Under the pieces are notes generated by a model, which saw nothing but the letters and a program-made list of their open reading frames with translations, was not told the origin of the DNA and searched no databases. From Mytilus trossulus (lineage: Eukaryota): a DNA stretch of 64,000 nucleotides. Made by a program: the position numbers and the translations under genes. The DNA lies in assembly GCF_036588685.1 (NCBI RefSeq), contig NC_086374.1, forward strand, positions 42,718,001 through 42,782,000. The letters are read 5' to 3'. This document shows positions 1-12,480 of the stretch, piece by piece. How positions within the stretch are numbered: position 1 is the stretch's first letter; every line of letters starts with the position of its first letter.

Positions 1-186
1 TTATAAAAGTAAAACACTATATATAAAAAACGAGAAACGAGAAACACTTATGAACCACATAAACAGACGACAACCACTGAACATCAGATTCCTGACTTAG
101 GACAGGTGCATGATTATAAACTAAACATGTATAAACTAAACTGCATTCTGTTCATATAACATACAGATCTAACTGAGTTTTATATA

Positions 187-435
187 TAGCGTATAAACCA
201 AAATGTATTTTGTATTTATAATGTACAACCCAAAATGTATTTTGTATTTATAGCGTACAAACCAAAATGTATTTTGTATTTATATCATACAACCCAAAAT
301 GTATTTTGTATTTATATCGTACAAACCAAAATATATTTCGTTTTTGTAGCGTACAAACCAAAATGTATTTCGTTTATGTAGCGTAAAAACTGTATTTTGT
401 ATTGATAGCATACAAACCAAACTGTATATTTATTC
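187..435. repeat. ~32-bp minisatellite (TAGCGTACAAACCAAAATGTATTTTGTATTTA-like), ~7 degenerate copies
   Basis: Directly visible tandem units; lies in the intron downstream of the 452-556 exon of gene A. Confidence 0.9.
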
Positions 436-451
436 GTACTGATGACAATAC

Positions 452-556
452 CTTTCGTTCCTAGTCCTTTAGAATCTGGTTCATTACTATCTATCTCCAC
501 CAAATTATTTGATGTCATCTCCACAGGTGTCGATCTACTATTCTGCGTTGTGTCTG
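452..556 (-). CDS. Gene A internal exon (105 nt, phase 1-1): ADTTQNSRSTPVEMTSNNLVEIDSNEPDSKGLGTK; gene continues off the left edge
   Basis: Minus-strand acceptor ttttag|CAGAC and donor AAAG|gtattg; length is a multiple of 3; frame matches ORF 312..569. Confidence 0.65.
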
Positions 557-1979
557 CTAAAACTAACAATATTTTGAAAAGTATAAATTATTTATTGATT
601 GCTGATTACTTAACGTCCAGTGGCAAATATTGTATTCATATTCAGGACGAGAATAATAAAACAATAAATACCTGCCATAGGATAGGCCGGGATAACGGAA
701 GGAAAAATAGAATACATTTTGCAAATGAGGATATCATGGGTATGGACAGAAATGTCGCCTTACAACAAGCCACCTACTGACGCTTCAAAATATTGTGGCA
801 TGGGTTCTTTACGTGCAGAAAGTGTGGCGCTCTCTACAGGACGCATCGGATTTTTAAATAACACGTGGTTGCGTATCTATACATCCCGCGCACCCTAAAG
901 CATGCCCTACCTTGGCAAAGATTTCACTGCCGATTGGAAGCAGAAGGAAAATGACAATTTTGCTATTCTCCAGTCACCCATGTTGTGGAAAATATTAGAA
1001 TTTCGAATAATACTTTGGTCGTGTGTAGTGTCACATAATTATATAATATAGATTGATTGATAGATTGTTTGGTGTTTGTTTTACGCCGCGTCAGTGCTAA
1101 AAAGCTATATGACGGCGAGAGGTTATTTAAATATTTTTACACTAAATAATATAGATACTAATCAAAAATATATAACTCCAGAATTTATAGTGTGCACGTA
1201 CTATACATGATTAAACAAATTAAAACGGAAGCTATTAGCTAAGATACTTATGTCGCGTGTCGATGGTAGATACATGTTTTATATCCTGTTTATATTTTAA
1301 AGCGGCTGTTTTCCCCCTTAATATTACATAGCTTTAGTATATTTTTCATTTACGTAGCTTTGGTATTTTTGTTGTATTTGATGAATTTAAAAAGGAGAGT
1401 GATTAATAAATTTTAATAATGAGATAAATAAATTCAAATAAATAATCAAATGGAAAAATAATCATTTCGTAAAGCAAGGTTACTTTGACTAAACATATGT
1501 ACACGGTTTAATTAATAATTCATCTTATTATATTTTGATGGCGGTTGACAATTAAAGAAAAAAAAGATAAATAATGAAAACTTCCTGATTTTCAAATTAT
1601 ATTATATGCATGTTTTTACTCATATATCATTTTGCTCCTTAATGATTATTTTTGGAAATAAAATTTCTATTCGTTATTTTTTTCTGATTCTTGTCGATAG
1701 TAAATGGGAACGTTAATAATGTGAAACAAATAGTTTTCTAAACCTATGAAATCTCGGGTATGCTATGTTCGTTGGGTTGGGAATACTTTACTGTTATCCT
1801 TTATCTGATAAGATGTAAAGAATGGTCGTGGAAAAATTTAAAACATCTTTTATCAATAATACTTAATTATAACTGACTCAGTAACAAAACAAAATACAAC
1901 TTGTTAAAATAAAAAAGTTTTTGGTGCAAATGTAAGATGTTATGCGGAATATAATTAATTAATATAAATGAATACTCAC

Positions 1980-2031
1980 CCTGTCCTATAATATCAACGA
2001 ATGCTATAATAACATACATGTAAGTCGCCAT
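1980..2031 (-). CDS. Gene A first coding exon, signal-peptide-like (MATYMYVIIAFVDIIGQ), phase-1 donor
   Basis: ATG at 2031(-), hydrophobic 17 codons, strong donor CAGG|gtgagt; phase fits the 452-556 exon. Confidence 0.65.
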
Positions 2032-2636
2032 TATGGTAACCTATGTAACATGTGACTAAGCGGATTATACAATGTACATATAATTTCAAGTGTTTTTTGT
2101 TCATTTCAAAGGAAGGATACTTAAGCAAAAGAGGTTTGTCCAAGTTTGGTGTGATTATAAACTGAAAACCAAATACAGCATTACGTACGCACTTTATAAA
2201 CAATAAATGTTGATTATATATTTCCTAGACTGACTATTAAAAAATATTTCCTAATGAGGTTGAAAAATAGTTTTACCATGTTTTTGTAAGTACAAGATTG
2301 GTAAACACGTTTTCAGATTTTTTACTGTTTGTCTCCAACCCGGCAACTGAACAAAATAATTGCAAAGCCAGCTGACTGCTGGAAATAGCCTATGACAAAT
2401 GAGAAGTAAAAAACACTTACTCAACCTATTGAAGTTAAAAGTTCGTGCGAATTTTGTTTGGGAGCACAGTGCAGACTTCTTCTCGTTTGATATAGGCTTC
2501 AAAGAGGGACTTAAGAAAGAATGACATTTCATAAAACTGAAGAGAAAAAAAGGACATTGAAGCCGTCTCATGTTACTTCGAAATACAGTTCACATACAAA
2601 ACCCGCTACATAATTCTATTTATCTCATAGGAATGT

Positions 2637-2800
2637 TAAATAAAAGTGAGAATGGAAACGGAGAAAATGTCAAAGAGACAACAACCCGACCATAGAGCAG
2701 ACAACAACCGAAGGCCACCAATGGGTCTTCAATGCAGCGAGATACACCCGCACCCGGAGGAGTCCTAAACAAATATGTATACTACTAGTTCAGTGATAAG
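2637..2800 (-). repeat. Truncated copy of the Penelope-like 3' tail repeat (see 23191-23836)
   Basis: Near-identical to 23191ff: aataaaa.tgagaatggaaa..gg...gtcaaagagacaacaacccgacc. Confidence 0.8.
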
Positions 2801-3468
2801 TTGACCGAGTAACTCCATTTAGGAGCAGTTAATTATTTTTTAAAATGTAAGTTTTCTGATGACATATGGATGATAGAAGACATGTTTTCTTGTTACAATG
2901 TACTGTCAGGTTGCTCTCTCAATGATGTGATATACCATTTCATGATTATTTCCCTAACAGTTCATAGGATGTGATTAAGTGGTGTATTTTAGTTATATAT
3001 CTATTGGCTGAGAAGATTAAATTTTGGCCTCTAAACTTTGAGTTAAACGTTAAGAAAAATCTTGCTGTGTTTGACTTTAGGTATTTTTTTACACTAACAA
3101 ATCTCCGTAGAACATCGCCCCTCTCCAATTTCTAAGCCTCATACAAAAAAGTTGATATTTTTTCTGACATTGACCTAATATTGATACAGGAACTCGGAAC
3201 TCGAAAAGAGGACTTAACAAAAAGGGTCTAGGTAAAGCGTATATGCGACAAAAGATAAACTTAATTAGTTTCTCCTTCTTCTTCCTTCATAGTACAGGCC
3301 TTCGATGGAAGTATTAGCGTACTGTTTTACGAAAGAGAGACAAGAGATACAAGAGGGACAGCCAACTCATTGATAGAAAATAAACTGACAACGCCATGGC
3401 TAATAAAGAAAAAGTCAAACAGACAAATAATAGTACACAAGACACAACATAGAAAATTAAAGACTTAA

Positions 3469-3945
3469 GATGTCAGACCACCAATTACTCCCTCAAATTT
3501 AGAACGTATGTGAAAGTAGACCTACTGGGACAAAAAGATAGCGCATTTGATTTCATTGTCTACTTAAACTCACCAACAAATTTGCAGAAATGAAACTTTT
3601 GGTGAAAGGGAGACACATTTAGACCATTATGAGCCAAAATTCACTTGTCTATGCGTTTGCATTAAAAATTCAGGATCAATGCGCTACATAATTCACTAAT
3701 TTAAACCAGAAAACCGGGAGTTATTTTGGTAGTATCTGTGTTTTCAAGATCAGAAATTTCTAATAAGGCTTTAAACATTGGTGATCATTGGTTGAAAATT
3801 GACATGCAGAAAGATGATACATGTACAATTCAGGATATACCTGGTTTCCTTGAAGTTAAACTTAATGGGTAAAATATTTAGAAAGCTGTGAAAATTGCAA
3901 AATTTGGTTAAACAGATAGGAATTTTGAATTGGTGGTCTGACACC
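3469..3945. mobile_element. Non-autonomous TIR element with TTAA TSD (Kolobok/piggyBac-type MITE), nested in another repeat
   Basis: TTAA|gatgtcagaccaccaatt ... aattggtggtctgacacc|TTAA; splits the repeat agaaaattaaagac..gcaatacgaacc. Confidence 0.8.
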
Positions 3946-4783
3946 TTAAGCAATACGAACCCCACCAAGAAGTAGGGGTGATCTCAGGTGTTCCGGAAGG
4001 GTAAGCAGAAAAAGAACCAATTTGAAAGATATGTTTTTTGAGTTATTGCTCTTAGACAGACAAAACAACTGCATCGGGGGACATTGAAACCGGCAGTTTG
4101 TTTTTACTAAGTTAAACAATCTCCTCGAAAAGCATGATTTCTTCTCTTGATTTGATTTCACATGCACTTATCCACAAAACATATTTACATGCTTAATATA
4201 TATATAAGTATATAAATTATTTATTTCCGAGACAAGTGCCAGTGTGCGATTTGCTAATATTTGTACCGGAAAACTTATGAAAAAACACGAATTGAGGGAA
4301 ATTGTAAGATTTAGGCATTTCTATATTGGCTTATTGAGCTAGACATTACAAAGTAAATTACTTCAGATATTTTTTATGATTTGCAAAGATGGAAACATGA
4401 CTGTTATGTAGAATTTATAGATTTGACCTAAAATAAACACGGGACTCCTGGTTATATGCAATCAAAATTCTATTCAACTTGCAATGAATTAGTTTCCATA
4501 CAAATGAATCATATTCTTGTAGTTTTAATTCGACATTTAAACAAAAAATAAACGTTTGAATTCGAAATACTTAATCAAACATCTTATAAACTTCAACTTA
4601 AAGACCATTTATTAAAGGTTATGAAAATATGTGAAAGGAGTTTCCGACACTGCGTAATCGTACCAGTATACAACATCGGAAGTCAGTTTCCTTTTATAAT
4701 TACACTGTAAACACGTCCTCATGGGATTAATGTCACTCCAAACATGATGAAATTTTATTAGGAAGTAATTAGAATAGACAAAT

Positions 4784-4838
4784 ATGGCCGCATATATGAT
4801 CGCAATAGTATTCATCATGTTTTCACAGACAAGCAATG
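4784..4838 (+). CDS. Gene B exon 1, signal peptide (MAAYMIAIVFIMFSQTSN), phase-1 donor
   Basis: ATG at 4784, hydrophobic core, donor AATG|gtaaga; phase matches the acceptor at 7965. Confidence 0.7.
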
Positions 4839-5129
4839 GTAAGAGAGCAATATTCTGGTTAAGAAAATAGGCGCTTGCTTCTTAATATGCATCCATCTTT
4901 GTTCTTTTGCTAGGAAAGTTTGTTGTATTGTCTACTTCCTATTTGTTTTCAATTTTGTCCTACTGCTTATGTCAACACAGTATCCTTATCTAGGAGTGTA
5001 CATTAGATTCGTCATTCACATAAATGTTTGGAAACAATGTCATGAAAACATTGAAATGACAAAACTGCCTAGTTTATAGGTCTGAATTTCTAATTCTTTT
5101 GGGTTGATATAAAAACGTTGATATAAAAC

Positions 5130-5845
5130 AAGAAGATGTCGAATGATTACTCATGATACACCTACCAAACAAATACCAAATGACGAAGATGTCAGAGACT
5201 ATATAGGATATCGCAATACCTTCAACATGGATCAAAACATACCGCATAACAAGCTATAAAAGACCTCGAAATGGCAAATGTAAAAAAAATTAAACGAGAA
5301 AACTAACGGCCTGATTAATGTATAATAAAATTAACGAAGAACAAATATGATATACAGCAACACACGGCAACCCCTGAATTACAGGTTTCTGACATATATA
5401 ATGTGACGGCGATCAACATGTTCGAAGGCGTTAGTCCTTCCAAGACCCAAGACAGTAGTGTAAGACACAGCATAAGAGTAAACTATACAAATCAGTTGAC
5501 AATGACTTAATTCATTAGATTGATACAAGACAAAAGAACAATTAACAACAACACCGACAGACGTATTAGGGAATTAATACATCCCTATGGAGAAAAAAAA
5601 ACACAATCTAAAGAGTAATAGCAACTCCTTACAGCTAGTTCAAAGCCAATATCCTAAAAACATATACCTAGGACTAAAATACCAATCTGTACAAATCCAA
5701 CATCCAATGGATTTAGTGAAAAAAAAAGTCATTAATAGTCAGAGAATAACACAAGACCTTACGCAATACCAAAATGTAGGTATCGACAGATTGCACACCA
5801 TAAGATGGTACCAAAGGAACATCGCCGATTCAAAAAAGGAAAATT
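5130..5845. repeat. Abundant interspersed repeat family (AAGAAGATGTGGTATGAxTGCCAATGAGACAACT...); other copies near 1-110, 15020-15260, 17255-17500, 35015-35190, 47480-47615, 52610-52720, 61635-62010
   Basis: Same motif series recurs at the listed positions in both orientations. Confidence 0.7.
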
Positions 5846-6373
5846 AAATATAAGGATAGAAAAATCGTCACTTTTTTGGTGTCAATCCATCTTTGGAATT
5901 TCCAAACTTAAATCGTACCTCCATTGCCATGGAAACTTTGGGAAAGTTTACCATTGAATCCTATGGGGAAAACTTTAAAGTAACATTTACTTTCTTAATT
6001 GGCAGACCGAACTTAGTAAAACGTCAATGCTATTTTGTCTTTCATGTCATATTTTGTTATCTTGGTAACAACAAAATTGTTCAAAATCAAAATGCTCCAA
6101 ACTTTAATAACTTCACACAAATGTTGACTAGCATATTCAGATATATATATGAAAATTAAAAGTGCTCCAAACTCACTTAAAATTATCAGAAATAGATGTT
6201 GTCATGCATATATGTGCATTTATTTTTCAAAATTATCAAAATGGCTGCCGCGTAGTGGCAATGTGCAAACTGTGGTGCCTGCAATGGCAATTCTTGAGTT
6301 TTTATATCCTTTTGTTCATACAGCTTTTCAACTCTTTCGGTTCTTACATCATTGCCCATCAAATATACGATTG

Positions 6374-6416
6374 AGCGTTCCTGATGAAGGCGAATCAAGA
6401 AAAGTTCCTCGGGCGC
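6374..6416 (+). ncRNA. Degenerate type I hammerhead ribozyme motif
   Basis: gcgttc-CTGATGA-agg cgaa tca a-GAAA-agttcc-TC-gggcgc: core boxes and stem I present, stems II and III imperfect. Confidence 0.5.
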
Positions 6417-7128
6417 ATGACATTTACAAAGTGTTGTATCCATTTTATTTCAGTATAAAACTAAACAGTTAGAATATATTACAATATAAAACAGTTAGAA
6501 TATATTACAATATAAAACCGTATGGGATAAGATAATTGAAATCATCACTTTACATTCAATGACTTTTCTATTAAAAAGTATAACTCCGAGTCGGAATATA
6601 AAAACCTTGCAGTAAGTATTTCCACGTCATGGAACAAACCTGTTTACTAAATATCTCTTACATGTTTTTGCATTATATGTTCCGAGGAAAGATTAATTAA
6701 GAATTGAATGCTTCTTTCCGCGTTTCATTCTAAAAATGTACGCACAGTCGACGCATTTACACCCCTATGAAGTTACAAAAAGAAGCATTTAATACTTATT
6801 ACATTTTTTAGCTAGGCTCATGAAAACACGAATTTTATCATTTTTTTTATTCAATTCACATCTGCACTTTATTGTGGGACCTCGTGTTATCATGAATGAT
6901 AAGTTTTATTGTGTAATGCAATTGCTTAAGGAATAACACGTGATGTGCAGATAGTCAATCAGAAATACGTATTATAATGAAACATACATATAATATAATT
7001 ATAAATATATATCTATATACTAAAAAATAGGAAGGGAAGTATATTTCAATGAGGCAATTGCCCAAAAATATAAAAGCTAACACTCATGGCCAGATGTACC
7101 AAAACTGGTCCTCAATAATAGTCTGTGT

Positions 7129-7916
7129 ACGGGGCGCCGAATGGGACTCTTGTGGTTTTGTACTCGAAATTCAATTTTTTATGGACAAAAGTGACTTTTG
7201 TTCAACAAACATGAGTTCAGTTTAACAAAATTTGTAGCATACTACAAAGTTAAAATTTTGTCATACAAAATTATCTTTCAGTGGACAAAAGTCACTTTTG
7301 TCATGAGAAAATTCATTTTTTTTTACCTTATTTGAAAATTAGGCGACAAAAGTCAATTTTGTATGCAAATTAGTTTAGTTTGGATTCTGTGAGACAAAAT
7401 CGACTTTTGTGAGACAAAATTGACTTTTGTGAGACAAAATTGACTTTTGTGAGACAAAATTGACTTTTGCGAGACAAAATTGACAAAATTGAATTTTGTC
7501 GTCACAAAATTGCGTTTTGTCGAGGCAAAATTGAGTTTTGTGAGACAAAACTGACTTAAGTGAGACAAGATTGTCTTTTGTGAGACAAAATTGACTGACA
7601 GAACTAAATTTTGTCCCACAAAACTAAATTTTGTCTCACAAAACTAAATTTTGTCTCACAGAAGTCACACAATTGACTTTTATGTTTTTATTTCCATATC
7701 GGGTAACAAAAGTCAATTTTGTATGCAAATAAGTTTACATTTGCATACGTTTTTGACAAAATTGACTTTTGTCATGACAAAAATAAATTTTGTCCTCACA
7801 AAATTGAAGTTCTCATAAAACAAGTCTGTATTATATAGTTTTGTAAGACAAAAATGATTTTGTTATGACAGAATTGAATTGTGTACAAAACCATAATTGT
7901 CTCATTCGGCGCCCTA
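7129..7916. mobile_element. MITE with TIRs (GGGGCGCCGAATGgGAC / GTCTCATTCGGCGCCC) and an internal 20-bp repeat array (GAGACAAAATTGACTTTTGT)
   Basis: Inverted termini at 7131 and ~7915; tandem quasi-palindromic units at 7390-7680; lies in gene B intron 1, ~50 bp from the acceptor. Confidence 0.8.
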
Positions 7917-7964
7917 TTCTGAAGTGTTTTATCTTACGATAATTGTTTTCCCCTTTTATTTTAG

Positions 7965-8958
7965 CTGCAACTATTACACCGACTATCGGAGAAATGGGGT
8001 CTGGTGACATAGATGACCAAAATACTTCAACAAAAATCGTCACTAATAAATATCATTCAACAGAACAACTTAAAGCCATTATTAACACATCAATTAAACC
8101 ACAGACGTTTTCTGGTCAGAATATTAACCATTCTATGGAAGATACTACTAGTGAGGAAAATAAGCTCTCATCATCATCAGCAACCACACCTAACTTATTT
8201 GTAGAAGAAACCACGTCTACCGTTACAACAAATGTAGAGACATCAGCTAACAATGGTATCAGCTCAACGCTCCAACCTTCGTCATCCACAACAAAACGGA
8301 GTTTTACTACTTCGCCAATTATAACATCGATTTTAACATCATTTAAAACACAGAGAACGACACAACATTTAACTACAGAATTACGCAATGAAACGGACGT
8401 AACGGAGAAAGAAACAACATATATTCACAGTACGACCGTAACGAAGAGACCAACAACTAATAGTCGCAGTGAAACGGAAGTAACGAAAAGACCGACAACT
8501 TATAGTCCCAGTACAACGGTAACAACGAAGAGACTGACAACATACACGCGAGGTAAAACAGACGTAACCAAGATACCGACAACTTATATTAGCGTGACGT
8601 CTTCTTCGACAGAACAATCTGCTATTGTTGAAAATGAAACCACAAAGTCCTTATATACAGACAATGCCATAACCGAAGAAACATCTTATCATACTGTAGA
8701 AAATGTTCATTCAACCGAAGCTAGTCTCCCAAGTAGTACGTTGGATGTTGTCAAATCAACAGTCACAACAATTAAACCACCAGATATTTCACAGACTGTT
8801 TCCTTTTCAAATATCACAACAGCAAAAACAAGCAATGTCAGCAAAAACAAAGAAACAGGAACAGAAAACGATACTGTACTTGATCATCTCGCTTATATAA
8901 TACCAAGCGCTTTTATTATACTATTGGCAGTTTTAATTAGTGCTGTATGCCTTAACAG
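7965..8958 (+). CDS. Gene B exon 2: Ser/Thr-rich mucin-like ectodomain with ~14-aa VTKRPTT repeats and a transmembrane helix (YIIPSAFIILLAVLISAVCL)
   Basis: Within ORF 7943..9028; acceptor ttttag|CTGCA (phase 1); donor AACAG|gtttgt (phase 2) just after the TM. Confidence 0.85.
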
Positions 8959-9577
8959 GTTTGTTATAATTAGTATAGTGTACAGACGACACCACTACTT
9001 CAAGAAAAAAATCAACTTGTACATTTAAATATATCATTACCAAAAGATAACCAAAGCAGGAATTAACTGATTACCACACATGTAATAAAGCAAAAACACC
9101 AAAAGTTAAAGTTATCTCTCACAAATAGAGGTGTCATATCAAATATACACCAATAACACGGCTTTTAATAAAATCTTTGTTGATGAGAATCAACTAATAT
9201 ATAGGATCATTATGGTACAATCAAAATTGTTTGACTTAGTGTAGCATTCAATCAATCAATCAATCAATCAACTATAATTACCACAAAAAAAACAAGCAAC
9301 AACGTTTAAATATTAAATATTATATATAAAAAGTTGTACACCAAAAAATCCCAAAGTTTATATCATTATCAAATATATAAGAAAAAAAAACCCGCTTAAT
9401 GACAAAAGTTACCAGCATCGCATGCAATTTTTTGCTCAATCTTACGGTGATATAAAGTAGACAAGTTCCATAAAATCTAACAATATTGAAGTCAGTGAAA
9501 TAAAAGAGGAACTTATAATGTTCTTATCAATTCAAATCGAACGTATTGATTCTTTCTGTTGTATCATTTTCCTTTTT

Positions 9578-9778
9578 GGGAGCTAACATTTGATTTTTAG
9601 GGGGAAAAGGATGAAATTTGGAAAAAAAAATCAGGACAGGAGTAATGAAAAAAGGCAGCACCGAAAAGAGGGAAAACAAATAAATAAAAAAATGCAGGAC
9701 AGCGATTATAACAAAAAAATATGCAGGACACAATTTTCCATCCTAACGCCCCCTTAAAATCAAATTGTAGCTCCCTTA
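9578..9778. mobile_element. Small MITE (TIR GGGAGCTAaCATTTGATTTT / AAAATCAAATTGTAGCTCCC)
   Basis: Inverted termini visible; in gene B intron 2. Confidence 0.6.
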
Positions 9779-9914
9779 TATTACCCGTTTAAATATTACA
9801 ACGATTACTGTTAGATTCAAGATATCTTATCCAGTATTTTATGTAGTAAAACACCATTAATGCAACCAAACAAAGTGTTTACATACGTATAGAACATTTT
9901 CACATTTGTTTTAG

Positions 9915-10779
9915 GTATAAAGGAAGGAAAAAGGCAGAGAACATAGACGGTGTTCAAAAACGTCCCAAAAATTCTTCCAATCCTGCTTTTATGAAAGAAA
10001 ATATGAACGCGTTGGCATACCAATTTCAATCTCGTGATTCAAAATTGCCGTCTGCTTTTAAAACAAAACTTGAAAACCCTGGAAATGGTTTTGAAGAAAT
10101 AGAATTGAGAGAAGAAAATCAAATTGCAGAACAAAATTCAGATAAAAATCAAACAACAGTAGAAATGGAATCAAATTTTAGCCCAATAGGTAAAGACAGA
10201 AGTTATTTCACAACCATAGTAGAAAATGAACAAAATTATGATACAGCTCACACTCCACCACTTCCGGGGAAAGGCCATAAGATTCAAAATGTTGCGCATG
10301 ACACATCAGCTTCCCATTACGATGTTCTTCCTCTAAGAGAAAGCTTACCAGTCAAAAAAAGAAGACAGAATTCAATAGACGAAATACCTGGGTTAACAAG
10401 AACAAACCTTTACAAAAACCCAGAATACGATGTTTTACCTCTGCGAACATTTGCACATAATCAATTACCGAGTGACTCCCGAGATAGAACAGTTTTAGAA
10501 ACAACAAAGCAAGATAATAACTTATTACATAGTGTTCAAGCAGGAAATGAAACAAAAAAGCCAATGGAAACTTTTAACTTCCCCGATGAAGTGTTCAGCG
10601 ACGATCTAAGTGCACCAGGCAGTAAAAGTGAAAGTGAAACTGAGCAAGACATTACAGAACAAGAAATGATTGGAAACAATGCCGTTGATCAATTGAAACG
10701 TCGTGAGCCAGCATCACGTGCACCCTCGTTCGTGGCACTACCGAGAGCAGCATCCGGATCGCTAAGAACAGCATTGTAA
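9915..10779 (+). CDS. Gene B exon 3: ~288-aa cytoplasmic tail (RYKGRKK stop-transfer, Tyr motifs, C-terminal RTAL). Full gene B is ~637 aa
   Basis: Acceptor ttttag|GTAT gives AG+G=Arg, in frame with ORF 9991..10779; 55+994+865=1914 nt. Confidence 0.85.
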
Positions 10780-11557
10780 TAATTAAACATTATGTTATTT
10801 GGTTTTTGTTAGTCTATAATTATCTATTAAACAATTATGAGAGTTTGTGAAAAATGATGGTAAAACCATGAGAGAATATTGTTGCTTGTGAATAAGTTTA
10901 CGATCTTGTTGAACAAAATTTCCTTGTCGACCTCCCTTTGATTGTTGTTGTCGATATTACTTCAAAGTATATAAATTGTGTCAATTATGATAAGGATGTA
11001 ACTTTATAAGAAAGAAACTAAAAGTTAAAAATGTGTGAAGACTGAAACATTCAGACGAAATAGTCCACCCTACAATAAATCAAAAGACTTGTACTTTTAC
11101 GAAGTGAAAACCTACTATAAATTATAAATTGAGCAAAACGATATCCAAGAAAGATATCAGTTGCATCTAACATACAAACATACCTATCTTAATCATGTTC
11201 TCAACCAGTCAAATATCTACAAGTTAATACCATGTTGACCAAATCGACCAGAGGTCTAATGCAATTTCAGTGTATACCAACTTTAACGATATCTCTTGGT
11301 TGGTTGGTTGGTTGGATATACTGCAATATGTTTACAAATATATTTCTTCTACTTAGTAACAGGAAGCAAAAGAGTGTCTCTACTAGATTGAAGTAAAACA
11401 AAACGCACAAACGAATAAAACGAATGTGGAATAAACACTGATACAACAGCAACCCGACAACACAGGGAAATTAAAAAAAAGATGTCTGCATATCGTCATC
11501 GACAATGTTCCAAAATATGTCAGGCTTTCAATTGATCGGAGTTTTGAAAAGCTGTTA

Positions 11558-11727
11558 AGTTAAGACGCTTGCACTATTCTAAAAAAATTGTTAAACATGA
11601 CATAGGCTATATTGCTAATTACAACAGAGAGTTCAAATATATGCTTTTGATAAAAATATTTTTATTTAAAGAATATATTTGAACTCTCTGTTGTACAAAT
11701 TTTTAGAATGATGCAAGCGTCTTAACT
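11558..11727. mobile_element. ~170-bp fold-back MITE
   Basis: AGTTAAGACGCTTGCA ... TGCAAGCGTCTTAACT outer arms; inner arms TACAACAGAGAGTTCAAATATAT / ATATATTTGAACTCTCTGTTGTA. Confidence 0.75.
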
Positions 11728-12059
11728 GATGCTCGGTTTGACTTTTTTATTGTATAAATTTCAAGATTGTTATAGTTTAATCTAAGAAGACGAAAAGATG
11801 ATTCATTTAAAATCTGAATCTTACTTAGGAAAGAAATCTGTTATCCGAAATATTTATAAATAATTACATTTATAATCACTTTTTTTTTGGTGTTGTGTAC
11901 ACTTTTTCGACGTTTATATAATTTATTTATTGTGTACATGTTTCCTTACTTGTAACGATCCAGCGCCCTCGTCGGGAAAATCGTTGACTATTATTCAGTC
12001 GTTATATATATATACTTGATATATATATAACGGCTGAATAATAATATACTTGATATATA

Positions 12060-12480
12060 TAGATTCTTACATTGGTACCAGTAGATTATCGTATTTATCC
12101 AATCGAGATAGTTAAATTATCAATTTTAAAGTCCGAGCCGCCTCGGAGAGAACTTTAAAATTTATAATTTAACTATCGAGATTGGATAAATCCGATAATC
12201 CACGAGTAACTATGTAAGACTCTGTTTCTCTAATGATTAAAAAGACATTTTATTTTTTTTGTTAACCGAAAATCCCCTTCAAGTGCCTTTCACATTGCAC
12301 GAAGTTGTCAATTTCATTAACACCTGTTATCAAATGTTGATTCATCCAGTTAGCTAAAAAGGACATGACCCTTAAAATCATCGAATGATCTTTTGAGAAC
12401 ACCAGCAACCACACGTTGATTAAATTTTTGTATTCAATGGGTTCGGAAAGGGATAAATTTCCATAGAATTAGAGAAATAT
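12060..12480. mobile_element. Non-autonomous element: long terminal palindrome (12061-12223) plus short inverted repeat TTTCTCTAAT / ATTAGAGAAA; family unassigned
   Basis: Palindrome arms and the short IR read directly; TA-rich flanks. Confidence 0.65.

Noticed and set aside
7390-7680. Regular short repeats that could be mistaken for a CRISPR array (also 187-435 and 53724-53889)
   Set aside because: No unique spacers, no cas genes, eukaryotic context; these are plain tandem repeats.
8959-9028. C-terminal end of ORF 7943..9028 (FVIISIVYRRHH...)
   Set aside because: Read-through into intron 2 past the donor at 8958/8959; the spliced form gives a proper stop-transfer sequence and tail.
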